Origin: Octopus vulgaris
Taxonomy: Eukaryota
Reading direction: 5' to 3'
Length of the DNA: 64,000 nt
NCBI GenBank assembly: GCA_951406725.2
Contig: OX597821.1
Span: forward strand, 98,766,001-98,830,000
Under the pieces are notes generated by a model. It did not search any database, was not told the origin of the DNA, and saw nothing but the letters and a program-made list of their open reading frames with translations. Within the stretch, counting starts at the first letter, position 1; the number at the start of each line of letters is the position of its first letter. Shown one piece after another: positions 1 through 13,898 of the stretch. The position numbers and the translations under genes are program-made.

Positions 1-210
1 TTCGTTGTGTTGGCACTCATCAGATTAATCGCAGGTTGAAGGCCTGTAAATTTATATAACTGTTGATAAATTTCCCTTTGGATTGTTCTAGAATGAATCG
101 TAATAATGTCACATGGATAATTCAAATAGTTTGCCTGTTATGTTGTTTAATAAGCAAATTCATAGATATATAAATTAGTAAAGAAATAAAAAGAAGAAAA
201 AATCTTGTGT

Positions 211-786
211 GTGTCATCACACACACTCACATATACATACACACACTTACACATACCAAAAAAATCTCACAAAATTTGCATATACAAAATATATAAGTGT
301 ATATAAATTAAGCGCATAGATGTGCATGCATACACATGTCGATACATGTATACATGTACACACATGCATGCATACACATATATACATACACACACATACA
401 TATACATTGTACACACATATGCACACACACACATATACAGTATACATACACATGTACTTACACATACATATATATACATGCGTACATAAATTCATGCTTA
501 TACATATGTACATGCATATATACATACACACATGCATACATGTGCAGATATGTACATAAATAAACAAGCTCCTACACATTTATATATACATGTATACATG
601 GTAAGTTGACTAAAGAAAATAATAAGTGTAGAGTAAAATAGATATAAACATAAGATAAAGAATGAAAATAAAATAAAACCAGTCCTTCTTTTCTTTTTCT
701 TTCTCCTTGTTAAATCTTCATACTCACATGTACATATACACTTACATGTACATGTATACACACACACACACACACACATATATATA
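211..786. repeat. Compound (CA)/(TA)/(CATA) microsatellite / low-complexity tract
   Basis: Continuous imperfect dinucleotide repeats; source of the spurious C/V/Y/I/H/T-rich ORFs. Confidence 0.9.
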
Positions 787-1178
787 TCGATCAACATCAA
801 TGGAAATTGTAGTTGTGATACCAGTGCCGGTGGCACGTAAGAGAACCATCCGAACGTGGCCGTTGCCAGCACCGCCCCGACTGGCCCTGTGCCGGTGGTA
901 CATAAAAAGCACCATCCGATTGTGGCCATTGCCAGCCTCGTTTGGCACCTGTGCTGGTGGCATGTAAAAAGCACCATCTGATCGTGGCCGTTTGCCAGCC
1001 TTGTCTGGCACCTGTGCAGGTGGCATGTAAAAAGCACCCACTACACTCACGGAGTGGTTGGCGTTAGGAAGGGCAGACTGGGCCTGGCGCAGCCTTCTGG
1101 CTTCCCAGATCCCAGTTGAACCGTCCAACCCATGCTAGCATGGAAAACGGACGTTAAGCGATGATGATGAGGATGATG
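787..1178 (+). mobile_element. Interspersed retroposon family C (internal ~45 bp repeats, (TGA)n tail; SINE-like or RTE 3'UTR-like)
   Basis: Near-identical to inverted copy 38206-38551 and copy 11783-12095; repeated GGTGGCACGTAAAAAGCACC units; ends ...CCAACCCATGCTAGCATGGAAAACGGACGTTAA(TGA)n. Confidence 0.85.
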
Positions 1179-1494
1179 TACGCATAGGCAGTCATGCAAA
1201 CTTGCACATGCATAAATATACTTGTGTATATATATATATATACATGTATACACTCATATGCACACATGCACACACAGGTGTGCACATGACAGTAGACAGT
1301 AGTAATAGATACATGTATCTGTAAAAGATATGATTTGGTATGTTATAGGCAGGGGATGGGTTATGGAGTAGAGTAATCATGCCTCTACACACTTGTATGT
1401 GTATTTAAAAGCAGACATGTACAGGCATTCATATGTAGATAGTCATAAATATATACATATGCATTTGCACACATATATGCATGAATGTATACAC

Positions 1495-1695
1495 CAGTGC
1501 TTTTCAAACTTTTTGCTGGAGCGGAACCCCAAGGAAACATTCCACTGGCTTGAGGAACCCCTGTGCAATAATTTAATAGTCTTATGCACACATATCTGCA
1601 CAGGAAAATTAAAAATTACTGCCGATTTTAGCAGTTTTGTAACTTCTTGCGGAACCCCTGGACTGTACTGGCGGAACCCTGGTTGAAAACCACTG
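1495..1695. mobile_element. hAT-type MITE
   Basis: Termini CAGTGCTTTTCAA...TTGAAAACCACTG; perfect 8 bp TSD GTATACAC at 1487-1494 and 1696-1703. Confidence 0.85.
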
Positions 1696-1924
1696 GTATA
1701 CACGTACATTGCTGTATAATACATATGCATGCATACATGTAAGCAAATTCACATGCTCATGAACATACAAGAATATATATGTGAGTGTGCACATATGTAC
1801 ATGTACACATACATAGACGTGTGGGCAAACACACACAAACACGCATGAATACATGGATGCAATGCCATTCTGTACCTGCATACGCATATTGCACATACAT
1901 GTTTGTGTGCAAAGGTATATAGTA

Positions 1925-2314
1925 TACTCTCTATACTCTTTTACTTGTTTCAGTCATTTGACTGCAGCCATGCTGGAGCACCGCCTTTAATCGAGCAACT
2001 CGACCCCGGGACTTATTCTTTTGTAAGCCCAGTACTTATTCTATCGGTCTCTTTTGCCGAACCGCTTAGTAACGGGGACATAAACACACCAGCATCGGTT
2101 GTCAAGTAATGCTAGGGGGACAAACACAGACACACAAACACACACACATACATATATACGATGGGATTCTTTCAGTTTCCATCTACCAAATCCACTCACA
2201 AGGCTTTGGTCGGCCCGAGGCTATAGTAGAAGACACTTGCCCAAGGTGCCATGCAGTGGGACTGAAGCCGGAACCATGTGGTTGGTAAACAAGCTACTTA
2301 CCACACAGCCACTC
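1925..2314 (-). mobile_element. tRNA-derived SINE family A
   Basis: Minus-strand A box (TGGCTGTGTGGT) and B-box-like GGTTCCGGCTTCAGTCCC, CORE-like ACCTTGGGCAAGT, central (TG/TA)n, AAAAGAGT tail; at least six copies in window. Confidence 0.9.
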
Positions 2315-2388
2315 TTAATTTTAACAAAGTGATGAAAGTAATAATAAGACTACATATATGTATACATACATACACATACATACTTATA

Positions 2389-3621
2389 CAGGACGCATAA
2401 GGTATTTGAGGAAATACCTTTTTTGGGTCATTGCTGCATTTTTTTGCAAACTCTGTATAACCTGTGTTCCAGAAAATATTAATGGCAGACCCTCAGCTTA
2501 CTCAAGAAATGAAGAAGCATGCTGTTATTGTGGTTAGCGATTTAGAAATATCCCGATTTTTAAAAGTTGCCAGATCTTCATCTGCAAAGTTTGTAAGGAG
2601 CTAGAGACTGAAGATGGGAATGTATCACCAGTATCAAAGCATAAAAAGCATTCTAAATGGTCTGAAATCATCAGAACACCTGAATTTATCCTGCAAGTTC
2701 AACAGACCATTGATTACAATTCCAGAAAGTCCATGAAGTCAATTGCAAAAGATCTCCATGTGTCAGAAGGAACAGTCAGAAATGTTGTCCATGAAGACAT
2801 CAGATATGCCTTATACGATGAGGAAAGGTCAATTTGTCAGAAAAAGCAAAAAAAATCACTACATCAGATCTAAAAGACTCTTAAACAAACTGAAAAATCC
2901 AGCAGAAGAAGATTTGATTTGGTTTTTCTCAAACAAGAAAAACTTCGACCAAGATCAAAAGGTTAACAGAAGAAATGACATATGGTAGACCCTTCTGAAG
3001 TTCCAAGTGTTATGCATACAAAATTTCCTGCAACTGTCATGATTTTAGGGGTTGTCTGCAATGAAAGACTTATGATGCTACTTACTTCTTTCCAAAAGGC
3101 CTTAGAGTTAACTCTGTCACCTGCATTGAGGTTCTGGAAATAATTGTTAAGCCCTGGATAGACAGTGTATACAATGGAAGACCATGTGTGCCTTAGTAAG
3201 ACTCTGCACCATCACACATGGCTCTAGTAACACAAGAATGGATAGCTGGAAATTTTCATGATCACATAACCCCTAACATTTGGCCTCCTAATTCCCCAGA
3301 TCTCAATCCATTGGACTATTACATGTGGAACATTGTTGAAAGAGAGGTCAATGAACACACCCATAACACCAAAGGTTCTTTGAAAGTTGCTGTTGTCAGA
3401 ATAATGTCCTAAATGAACCAGGACCACTTGATTCAAGCATGTAGATGATTTAGATCTCATATAGAAGCAGTTGCTGAAGCTGAATGAATAACATTATAGA
3501 AAAGAAGGTTTATTTTTATCCTCATAACATTTTTTGATAAATAAATTTTTATAATCTGTTATTATATATCTGGGGTTTTTTTATAAACATAAACGTGTCC
3601 TCAAATATCTTACACACTCTG
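2389..3621 (+). mobile_element. Full-length decayed Tc1/mariner transposon, DD37D (maT) group; transposase pseudogene
   Basis: Imperfect TIRs CAGGACGCATAAGGTATTTGAGGA / TCCTCAAATATCTTACACACTCTG with TA on both sides; motifs WFFSNKKNF and DSAPSH...WPPNSPDLNPLDY with 37 residues between the last two Asp; stops and frameshifts present. Confidence 0.9.
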
Positions 3622-4329
3622 TACACACACGCACACACACACACACACACACACATACACACACACACACATACAGTTCACAGATGAGATCCAGAGATTC
3701 TCTATGTAGAAGACACTTAGTAGTGCTCAAAAGATTTAAACTTGGACTCTGATGTCTTTACAGGAGATCCTTCTACAATGTAAAGAAAGTCTATAAGAGG
3801 GATCAAGTTGAGCGGGTATAGAGGCAATTATGTTGATAAACAAATTTGATACATTAAATATATTGAATATATTAAATATGTTAAATATATTAGTTTGTGT
3901 GTGAAATACAAAATATGTTTATATGTATACAAGCAAAATGAGAGAAAGCAAAAGGTGGAAACTTTCAGATGATGAATTTTTAAGTATGAATAGGGCCAAC
4001 TTACACAGAATACAAACAACAGAGAAAATTAAAGGGGTGAACCTTATGGATCGCTGAGCCCCCAGAAACAGCTGTTGGACTTATAAAACTTTTCTTCCAC
4101 TCCTGTCTTGTGCCAGATGATGAGAGGTTAGAATATGAATAGAGGGACAGAAATAGGTGTCTTGCAGTTGAGGAGTTACATGACTATCTCAGCTGGAAAG
4201 AGAGGGAGAGAGAAGAGAGGAAAGAGAGAGAAATGGTGAAGATGTGACAGGTGTACACTCAAATTACAGGGAAGTGCATATACAAGAAGTGGAATCAAGG
4301 ACTGGATAGGGTGAGTAGGAGAGTGGGAG

Positions 4330-4925
4330 ATGGGTCTTCCTCTTCCACATATTCTCTCTACATTTAGAGATCAGCATTTTTTATGTGGCTCTCTTCATCC
4401 ATACACATCACATAACCATATCAGCATAGTCTTCTCTCTTGCACACTACATCATCCGATGCTTCTTTATACCTAGTTTTTGTCTTAAAACATTTACACTT
4501 TGTTATATATGCACACTGACAGTGGACATCCGACAGAACATGCTGGCTTGATTTCTTTCAAACCTTTGCATGTTGTTTGTATTCACAGCCTACATTTCAC
4601 TATCATGTAACAAGTTGTTTGTACACAAACACCATACAGTCTGCTTTTCACTCTGAGGGAAAGACCCTTTTTTACCAACAAAGAAAATAGCTCTCCGAAC
4701 CTTGTCCAGATGGTTGTAATTCTAGCAACTTCACTTTCAGAGCATCCTCTTTCACTGCTAATTTGTTCACTTAAGTAATGGAATCTGTCTACCACCTCTA
4801 AGGATAACCCTTCGTACTTGAGGAAATCTATTTCCTGTGTATTCTTAGTGTTTATTGTTCCTGTGCATCTGCCACACACACAAAGGCTACTTTCTCTGTT
4901 AACCTTCCTGTGATTCTACTGCATC
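4330..4925 (-). mobile_element. Decayed RTE-clade LINE, C-terminal RT region
   Basis: ORF 4583-4879: LEVVDRFHYLSEQIS...ARITTIWTRFGELFSLL...LRVKSRLY resembles the post-RT region of RTE-like LINEs. Confidence 0.7.
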
Positions 4926-5459
4926 TCTTGTGTTGTATGTGTTCACAGCTTGCACTGGGTATACTGTATGAAATTGTGTGTGTGTGTGTGTGTGTGTGTG
5001 TACATACACATACGTGCACACATGCATGCACACACACACACACACGTACGTATGTATTCGCATACCTTGTATGCACACACACACACATACATTTATGGTT
5101 CCTTCACTAATATTTGAGTTTCATTATCACAACCCTACAGTTAGGATGGATCATTGCCTTGAAATCTTATATTCAACTCATATATTCTTATATATCTTAT
5201 ATTCAAGCCCTTTACTTTTTCAGAGTCAATGAAATTCACATTAAATGTATATTCAATTGCATGCACAGAGTATAAGCCATCTTCCTTTAAAAAGTAAAAA
5301 AAGTAGTTTTGCATTATATATATATGTATATTATACTTATCATCTCATAATCATCATTGTACAGGTTGATCTGATCAATCATATATGTTAATACAGGCTG
5401 GCTATCTAAATATAAAAAGCAACTATTTTAAAGCAGACTGTGAACTGTTGTAGTTACAA

Positions 5460-5848
5460 CTAGCAGTATTGCCCGGCGTTGCTCGGGTTTGTAAGGGAAA
5501 TAACTATATAAGCCTTTTTAGAGAGTTATAGCCAAAAAAATGCATTAAAAATGGAAAAAAAATTATGGTAATTTTTTTTTTAAATCGTTGACTCATCGTA
5601 GACATTTTTAGAGAGTTACTTCCCTTATATAATAGCGAAAAAATGCATTTAAATGGAAAAAAATGATGGTAAATTTTTTTTTAAAATCGTAGACTCATCG
5701 TAGACGCGCGCTAATACCCAGAAGGGCTCGATATGAATCACGACTATAAGATACCCAGTTTTGGTTAAACTGCACCGCAAAATGTGGGAGTAGTTAGGAA
5801 TCTAAATCGTAGGAGACAGACACGCAACCTTACTTTTATATATAAAGA
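5460..5848 (-). mobile_element. Non-autonomous Helitron
   Basis: Minus strand starts TCTTTATATATAAAAG and ends with hairpin CCCGAGCAACGCCGGG then CTAG; inserted between A and T with no TSD; near-identical copy at 39127-39522. Confidence 0.85.
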
Positions 5849-7505
5849 TTTATATAAACAGTGAATGAATTTGATAGCATTGGTTGGAATGCACTAAGAG
5901 GAATTTGGTTATTATATTCACAGATAACAGCTTGATGGTTATATAGGCTGAAAATAAAGTGTACAAAATTATTTAACAGGTTGTGAATAACCAGGGTACT
6001 TCTTGGTTCTATTTCACAAAATTAGCTCTTTTAGTTATGTTACAAATGACCTCTACTGGTAGCTTGGATTGTCATCACCACTTGTGTTTATATATCAAAA
6101 CATGCTGTTGTATTGTAATTAATTTCACTGGTTCACTGACACTTGTTTAAAATTCATCCATCACTGAACACCTATTGAAGATAACAAGCTGTAGTATACA
6201 TTTACACATAACTTAATGAAAAAAAAAAAGTCAAAGGCATCTAATGTTCTGGAATTCAGTTGTAATTATAGAAGTGTGTGTGTGTGTGTTGTGTGTGTGT
6301 GTTAGTGTCAGACAGAAAGCAATGTCCAAACATCCTTACTCTGTTACTTAGTTGACCTCAATCTTCAGTTAAGTCATTCCTCACATTGTTGGTGTCATGA
6401 AAAACGGAAACAAGGATGGGTTTCTTCTTTAGAATGTTGAGTCATATTTTTAACCGTCTATTCAATGGTTTACTCTGTAATAATTATTAGTATAAGTTTT
6501 CTGCATTGCTTGTTATATTTCAACTGCAATATTGCTGCATATTTCAGCACTGAGCCAATAAGAAGACGACAGCTACATGGTCGCTTGACCAGCTAAGTCT
6601 TTATGAAATTTTGAGCCAACAGAAAAAACTTCTATGTAGCTACTCATCTTGCTAGAAATAGCAATCAAACTCCATTAAATTGCACTCTATTGTTTTAAAG
6701 CAGAAAGGACATATTAAACTATGCAATTATAGATATACAAAAGAAAAGAGGGGGGAGACTGGATTGCTTATGATTATAGATCTTGCTCAATTAGAGATAA
6801 CATGGGGATTCCTGATACACAATACCTGTAAAAAAAAGTGAGATTGGATGGCCATGGCTGGAATGTTTTTGACCTGAGGCAACTACTTTAATTATGAAGT
6901 GAGGACACAGATAGCAAAGTCTCTTTTGTTGTAGATGAAAGATTGGCAATTTATGTTTAGTCACCTGTATGATATGGTGTCTTTGGCTAAAAACAGTTAA
7001 CTTGGTAGTCCAATCCACTTGGCTATAATTTGGCACTATTTGAGGTAATGTAATACACTACCTTAAGCAGTGGTGTTACTATGAAATTGATGAAAGATTT
7101 ATAGCAATAAACCAGTGCACTATCTAGAAGATGGTTTTATTTCGCAACTGCTTAATGCTGTGAAAACCAGAGATAAGCTCTGATGCTTTGAATTTTTGTG
7201 ACTTAGATAATTATTAGGTAGCTAACTGCTCTTAATGTTACTGATACAACATGGTACTAATACACTCTGTGTAAACTAGCTGCTTCTTTTAGTTATTATT
7301 ATATATAGCAGTTCCACTGATAGTGAATTCAATGAATTTTTATTTCTCAACAAAATGCTGTCTTACTGATGGTCCTCCCAAGTCCGCTGTTGTTACTTGT
7401 CAACTAGACCTATTAAGGATGTTATCACATAGATAGTTGAAGACAATCTACAGTTTGTTTCAGGAAAAATGTACACTATTCCATATCACTATTTAATACT
7501 ATACC

Positions 7506-7880
7506 TATTTCTTTACTACCCACAAGGGGCTACACACAGAGAGGACAAACAAGGACAGACAAACGGATTAAGTCGATTACATCGACCCCAGTGCGTAACT
7601 GGTACTTAATTTATCGACCCCGAAAGGATGAAAGGCAAAGTCGACCTCGGCGGAATTTGAACTCAGACGAAATACCTATTTCTTTACTACCCACAAGGGG
7701 CTAAACACAGAGAGAACAAACAAGGACAGACAAACGGATTAAGTCGATTACATCGACCCCAGTGCGTAACTGGTACTTAATTTATCAACACCGAAAGGCA
7801 AAGTTGGCCTCGGTGGAATTTGAACTCAGACGAAATACTGCTAAGCATTTCTCCCGGCGTGCTAACGATTCTGCCAGCTC
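7506..7880 (-). mobile_element. SINE family B, head-to-tail dimer
   Basis: Two ~171 bp units; flanked by ~18 bp TSD ACTATTTAATACTATACC (7488-7505, 7881-7898). Confidence 0.85.
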
Positions 7881-10124
7881 ACTATTTAATACTATACCAT
7901 TGACATTTTATTTATACTTAACAATTAAAAAGTAAACTAGATCAGAGGATTTGAACTTGGAACTGTAAGCTACTAACTTATCCATCAAATATTTACCCTA
8001 CACCTCTAGACAATTACTGCTCAGGTACATGAGGTCCAAGTACATGAGGTACATATTGGCAGACTACCTTCATAGCTCTATATAAAACCATGCTATTATT
8101 TTTATGTTTTGCCTGCAAAGTCCCCTAAATTTCTTTGCCACAATCTACCAGGCTAACAACAGATTCCACTTCTTCTTTACAGTTGAGTGTTTAGAAAGTT
8201 GAAAGAGCATGTGTTTGCGAAAATATGTGCTTCAATATTATGCAAATGCAAAATTTTCAAAATAATTTTGAATTATGGTAGCATGGAAAACGCATAGAAA
8301 ACAATATAAAAACATAAAGTTTGTGGTAAATTAACACAAAAAGCTGATATTTAAAGCCTTTGTACATTTTGCTTTCACTTAAATTCCAGTTGATTAATCA
8401 AGAGATAACCAAGAAATTTAATGTTATTACCAAAATGCTGTTTTGGAGTCTGGGGGTGCAGAGTAATGTTAATTACATAGATATTCTGTAGACTTTATCT
8501 GTTTCTATCTGCCATTTATTTTCATTTTGTCTATTGCACACACACACACACACACATACACACACACATGCACACATGAGCACACACAACACAAATGCAA
8601 ACTCACTCTTTCTCTCTGACTTTTCTCTCTTTTTCTCCCTATCTCACTCCCTTTCCTGTCTCTCCACTATTCTCCATGTTTCCATCTCAGAAGTTATCTT
8701 GCTGCATAAATTTAATCACTTCGTCATTAATAATATAAATAAGTATGCATAAATACATATATTAACTAATTCTATATGTACGTAGACCTAAGCTGCAAAC
8801 ATGGCAAGTTCTTCAGAAAAGTTATAAATTCTTATTTGTGCATGTATGTTTCTTAGTTTATGTAAATTATGTACTAATTAGCACAATTACTAGTACTGTC
8901 TTTAGTTACTTATATAGCCTACTTTCACTAGGATTGTTAAAACACTTGCTGTTTGTTAACAAGATAACATTTCTTGGCCTCCCAACAATGGGACCTTTCT
9001 CTTCAGATATTTTATAATGGAAACAACATCTCAGTTTTCATTTGATAATGTCAACAATTATTCTTTTAGTGAAATCCTAAAATTCTTTTTCAACATTTTT
9101 CTATATTGCTAAATATTTTTTTTATTTAATATAATTTTGTTTATACCTTGGAGAACAGGAAACTGTACAAAGAGTATGATATTAGAAAATATTACAGTAT
9201 TTTGTTTTCATAAAGCACAATGACTTTACATTTAAGAAGGGGGGATAAATGGAAAGTATGAAATTCAGGTTTTTTTAAAAGCAATAACTATGTAAGTGGT
9301 GATGATTTGAAATTACGTTTCTTTTTTAATGATTAGAATGAATGGGGGAGATAAAATAGATATTAATAATGTTTTAAAACCAGTTCGATTAACTATATAC
9401 TGCTCCTATGAAAAATTTACAAAAATATCTAAGTAAAAATAAAATTACCATTACAATAATTGGACACTGGTGTAATTATTGAGATATCATTAGACACCTA
9501 AGTATTGGTTTTCACCTTAACACATTTATGTATGTTTAATATATCACATACTGTGTGCATATTTAAAAGTTTGGATTTTGTTTATCAGTATTATTATAAA
9601 TACAATTAAAATAATATTTTCTTCATTAAAAACAAATATATTCATCGATAAATACCTAATACAAACTTACTATGTAAATGTGAGAGCTGATATTTGTCTG
9701 ATGGTTGATTATAGGTCTTTGTTAATAATAGGTATTAATTAGATGTTTTGGTTTGACTGTTGAAACTATTGATCTTCTGAAATTAATTTATTTCTCCTTG
9801 ATGAGATGGAATAGCATTTAACATTCATTGACATATTGTTTTACTTTTGCTTTGTTGAACAGAATTATTGTTTAGTGACAAATTATTTGGAGTTTCCTTC
9901 GTGAGATCCTCCTCTTGTTTTGTTCACTAAACCAACTATTTTGTGTCAAGTGTTCACATGATTCTTGTGAAAAAATATTGTATTCTGATTTCACAAGTTT
10001 GTGTGAATTTTCTATTCCAGAGCTATAAATTACTTCAATTACAAACTAATTTAAATGCAAGCACATTGTAGACTATTCTTCATATGTCTGAGAGAGTGCA
10101 CCTCTCATACATATGCATTATCAT

Positions 10125-10500
10125 CTTCATGAGCACCATTTAATGTCTGTTTTCCATGTTGGCATGGGGTGGACAGTTCGACAGGGTCTGGCAGGCTGGA
10201 GAGCTACACCAAGCTCCATTTATCTCTTCTGGCATGGTTTCTACAGCTTGATGCTCTTCCTAATGCCAACCACTTTGCAGAATGTACTAGATGCTTTTTA
10301 TGTGGCACCAGCACAAGTGCTTTTTATGTGGCACCACACAGGTGCTTTGTACATGGCGCCAGTGGGATTGTCAAGTAGTTTGCAAGACAAAGACCTCTCA
10401 ACTGAGTGAGGTAGTGGAACTGAGGGAGGTGGCTGTGAGCCAGGTGAGAAGATAGAGTATACTAGAAGGATAGAGATAGTACTTGACTACTCCTGCAGGA
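10125..10500 (-). mobile_element. Diverged family C retroposon
   Basis: TTTCCATGTTGGCATGGGGTGGACAG and CTTCCTAATGCCAACCACT match family C. Confidence 0.6.
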
Positions 10501-10871
10501 CAGGTAAGATGGGAGAGAGAATTAGAGAGAAAGATAGAGAGACAGTCTGAGTAACAGAGGGAGAAATAGATGGTGGTTGGCAGTGTATTGAGGCCTATCT
10601 ACAGGGAACATTGGGCAGAATATAAGTAGTACACAGGGGGTAGAGGGAGATTTTCCGTTAGAGCATGAAGGAAGATGTTTAGAAACAGGGAAGACATGGC
10701 TGTAACAAGTGATGGTGAGAGAACATGTAGTGGATGAGAGTGGTGGTATGATAGATATTTTAGAGCATGGAGAGTGCATAGATAGGCATGTGAGGGAGAG
10801 TGGGAGGGGGTACTCATGGGTAATGAGATGGAGGGATGTTGTGAAGATGGGTTGTAGGGGTGTTTTGACAG

Positions 10872-11073
10872 AGGATGGATTGTGTGTGTGTGAATAGGGC
10901 AGGGGCATGGTCATAAAGGACATGCCTGTATGTATGGATGGCCATGGTTTTAGTTAGCATGATGTGTCTTCTCAAGCACAGCATGCCAAGTAAAACTGTG
11001 GCCATCTACACATACAGGCATGTCCTTTATGACCATGCCCCCACCCCGCTCACTGACATACACATTCCATCTT
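10872..11073. repeat. Fold-back inverted repeat, ~100 bp arms, 3 nt loop
   Basis: GGGGCATGGTCATAAAGGACATGCCTGTATGT (from 10902) is the exact reverse complement of ACATACAGGCATGTCCTTTATGACCATGCCCC (to 11041). Confidence 0.9.
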
Positions 11074-11782
11074 GAATGTATTGGAGGTCCCAGACCACAA
11101 AACCAAAAGCATGCTACCTGACTGTATTGCAGAAACTCTCTAAAACTCTGCAATCTCCAACTCATAGATGTACTACCTCCTAACTTTGCCTATTCTATCA
11201 CTATTATAATGGTTTCTGTTCCTAGAACTAGCTAGTTGCATACCATCAGGTGACATACCTGTGTCTCATCACTCATACTGCCTCCTACCCTTCCCCAGGC
11301 CTTACAGCTATCACTTTACCCAATTCTTACTTTCCAAAATGTGATAAGTTTGAAATTCCCTTCCAATGTAAACAATTTTATAGTTGGAAACAATCCTTTC
11401 CTGCCACATTTTTTTCCTGTTGGCATTGTTTTATATATGTTCAGACTGAACGGCAACTATATTCAATCTCACCAATGTTGAAGGGCCCATAAAGGTCATG
11501 AACACTTTCCCTTTCTACTGGCTAAAGCATTAAAACATATTATGGTTTTTCTTTCTTTGGTTATGTTAGATGTCATATATTCTTTCTATATATACCTCTT
11601 ATAGCCCAATAATATATATATGACTAGACAATATGTAAAGAAAAGAAATCTGGGAATATGTAAAGAAAAAAAACCATTGTATTGCAAAAAAAAGTTAAGA
11701 TTATTTTAATCAGGTCAATGCTATTCACATTTATTTTGGGGATTAAGGAATAATACTTGATGTTTTGAAATGCATTAACAGT

Positions 11783-12095
11783 AGTGCCGGTGGCACATAA
11801 AAAGCACCATCCGAACGTGGCCGATGCCAGCGCCGCCTTGGCTGGCTTCCGTGCCGGTAGCACGTTAAAAGCACCAACCAATCGTGGCCGATGCCAGACC
11901 CCCTGGCACCTGTGCAGGTGGCACGTAAAAAGCACCCACTACACTCGCGGAGTGGTTGGCGTTAGGAAGGGCATCCAGCTGTAGAAACACTGCCAGATCA
12001 GACTGGAGCCTGGTGCAGCCCTGGCTTCCCAGACCCCGGTTGAACCGTCCAACCCATGCTAGCGCGGAAAATGGACGTTAAATGATGATGATGAT
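11783..12095 (+). mobile_element. Family C retroposon, 5'-truncated
   Basis: High similarity to 787-1178; (TGA)n tail. Confidence 0.85.
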
Positions 12096-12104
12096 TACAT
12101 TGAT

Positions 12105-13045
12105 TTTCAAAGCCATCACCATCGTATATGAAAACCCCAAAAGCTTTGTACAAAGCAGACAATCCAACTAAAGAGTTTCCAACAACAACTGGAATTCTTC
12201 TGGGAGACTCCCTAGTTCCTTTTCTCTTTGTAATTGTAATGGACAAAATCTTAACCCCATCCAAGACAAGGGTCTTGCTATCCAGCAGAAGTAATCAAGA
12301 TGTCAGCAGAACCTGTATCTCTCTGACTTTGATTATGTTGATGGTCTTACCCTCACAGCTTATTAACTGCGTAATGCACATGGCTTGTTAACATCTCTTG
12401 AGAATGCTGCATTGAAACTCAGTCTGTTCATCAATGCAAAGAAGACTGAAAACATGGCCATCACTGAAGATAAAAAACCACCTGCCAGTTTGTTCTAATA
12501 GTGGCACACACCTCAAGGAGGTCAATGAGTTCAAGTACCATGGATCCTATGACAGGCAAAGAATGGAGTATCTGTAACAAACTTCAACATATCTGGCAAC
12601 CTATTATTTCAAATTCAACAACACTGGCCCTCTTCAGGACATGTCTAGAGAGCATTCTTTTCTGTGGAGTTCAAACCTGGACTACAAAGAAAAAGCTTCA
12701 CGATTGCCTTGATGGTACAAACATAAGATTTTTCACAAAGGCTCAAACATCGCATGACTTGAGTACAAGACCAAAGAGGATATTTACGAACATACTTCAC
12801 CTATCTCTACTGTTGTCACTCATTGCAGGGTAGGCTTTGCTAGCCATTATTATCATGCTGGACAATTTGTCATATTAGATGTTATAGTTTGGAGACTTTT
12901 GCATTTTAATAGAAGATAAAGATGACTCAGCTAGATTGATGTTATTGATAGAGACACAATATGAAATTGAGAACTTACCAAAGCTAATGGGAGACAAGAT
13001 TCCTGGGGCAGCACTGTGAAACTTGTCTTAGTTGCAACCACTTGA
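12105..13045 (+). mobile_element. Decayed RTE-like LINE RT to 3' end
   Basis: GILLGDSLVPFLFVIVMDKIL (QG-motif relic), DFDYVDGL (YADD relic), LFRTCLESILFCGVQTW. Confidence 0.75.
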
Positions 13046-13898
13046 AGAAATGTGAGTGTTTTTGTTATTTCATTAAATTACAGATATGTACAAATGTTGG
13101 TCATGTACAACTAAGATTTTCTTGCAGAAGGTATATTTTGTAGGTATATCAATACATTTTATGTTAGAACTGATTTTTTTAGTAAACGTCATCATTTATT
13201 TAAGTGCTAGTTACAATATTAGCAAGAAAGTAGGTACAAGTTTAAAGATGATCCTTCCATTGTGGGAAATCTTCCAGCTAAAGTAGCATTAACAGTAGTC
13301 CCTACCAAAATCAAGCTTTTCTATATTGTATTGTTTGACCCATAAGTAAACGAATAAGTATGACTTAATAAAATGATCTGGACACATCATACATTAAAGT
13401 AATGACCTTTCTCTTTGAAAAAGATACAATTTCAAATTTTCACTGAAATTTATGTTAAGAACTGTTTTGAGGATACCATAACTGAGAATCACTAAAGCCC
13501 ATTTTGTTTCTGTGGTGAGAATTTGCTGAGTTTGATGAAGCTGACCTCTGGTATGAGGTAGACAACTAAACATTTTAGAATAACATACTGGTCCTACATA
13601 CAGGATATACCACGTTTCAGTCTAGTTAGGGTATATGTTATACAACCAGTGTTTTGTTTCAGCCTGTCTTTATATCTATGAAAGAAAGAGTGAGACAGTT
13701 GATATAGAAAAGGTAGAATGTTTTATGATTTATTATTTATTATTGAAAGCAATCCATCCTAATATTTGAGCCTTGAGAAACATTGTTTTATACTTGTTGA
13801 GACTAGGCAACTCATCTACTACTCATCTAACTTAAAAGGTGTGATTTTATCGCTTCGATTTCAATTTTGTTATTTAGGGAAGTTGAAAATAATATATA

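Noticed and set aside
820-1040. ~45 bp spaced repeats that superficially resemble a CRISPR array
   Set aside because: Spacers are similar to each other, there are no cas genes, the context is eukaryotic, and they are internal repeats of a dispersed retroposon
247-1900. Many overlapping C/V/Y/M/H/T-rich ORFs (also near 4900, 49150, 58700, 60035-60650)
   Set aside because: Translations of dinucleotide microsatellites; no coding signal
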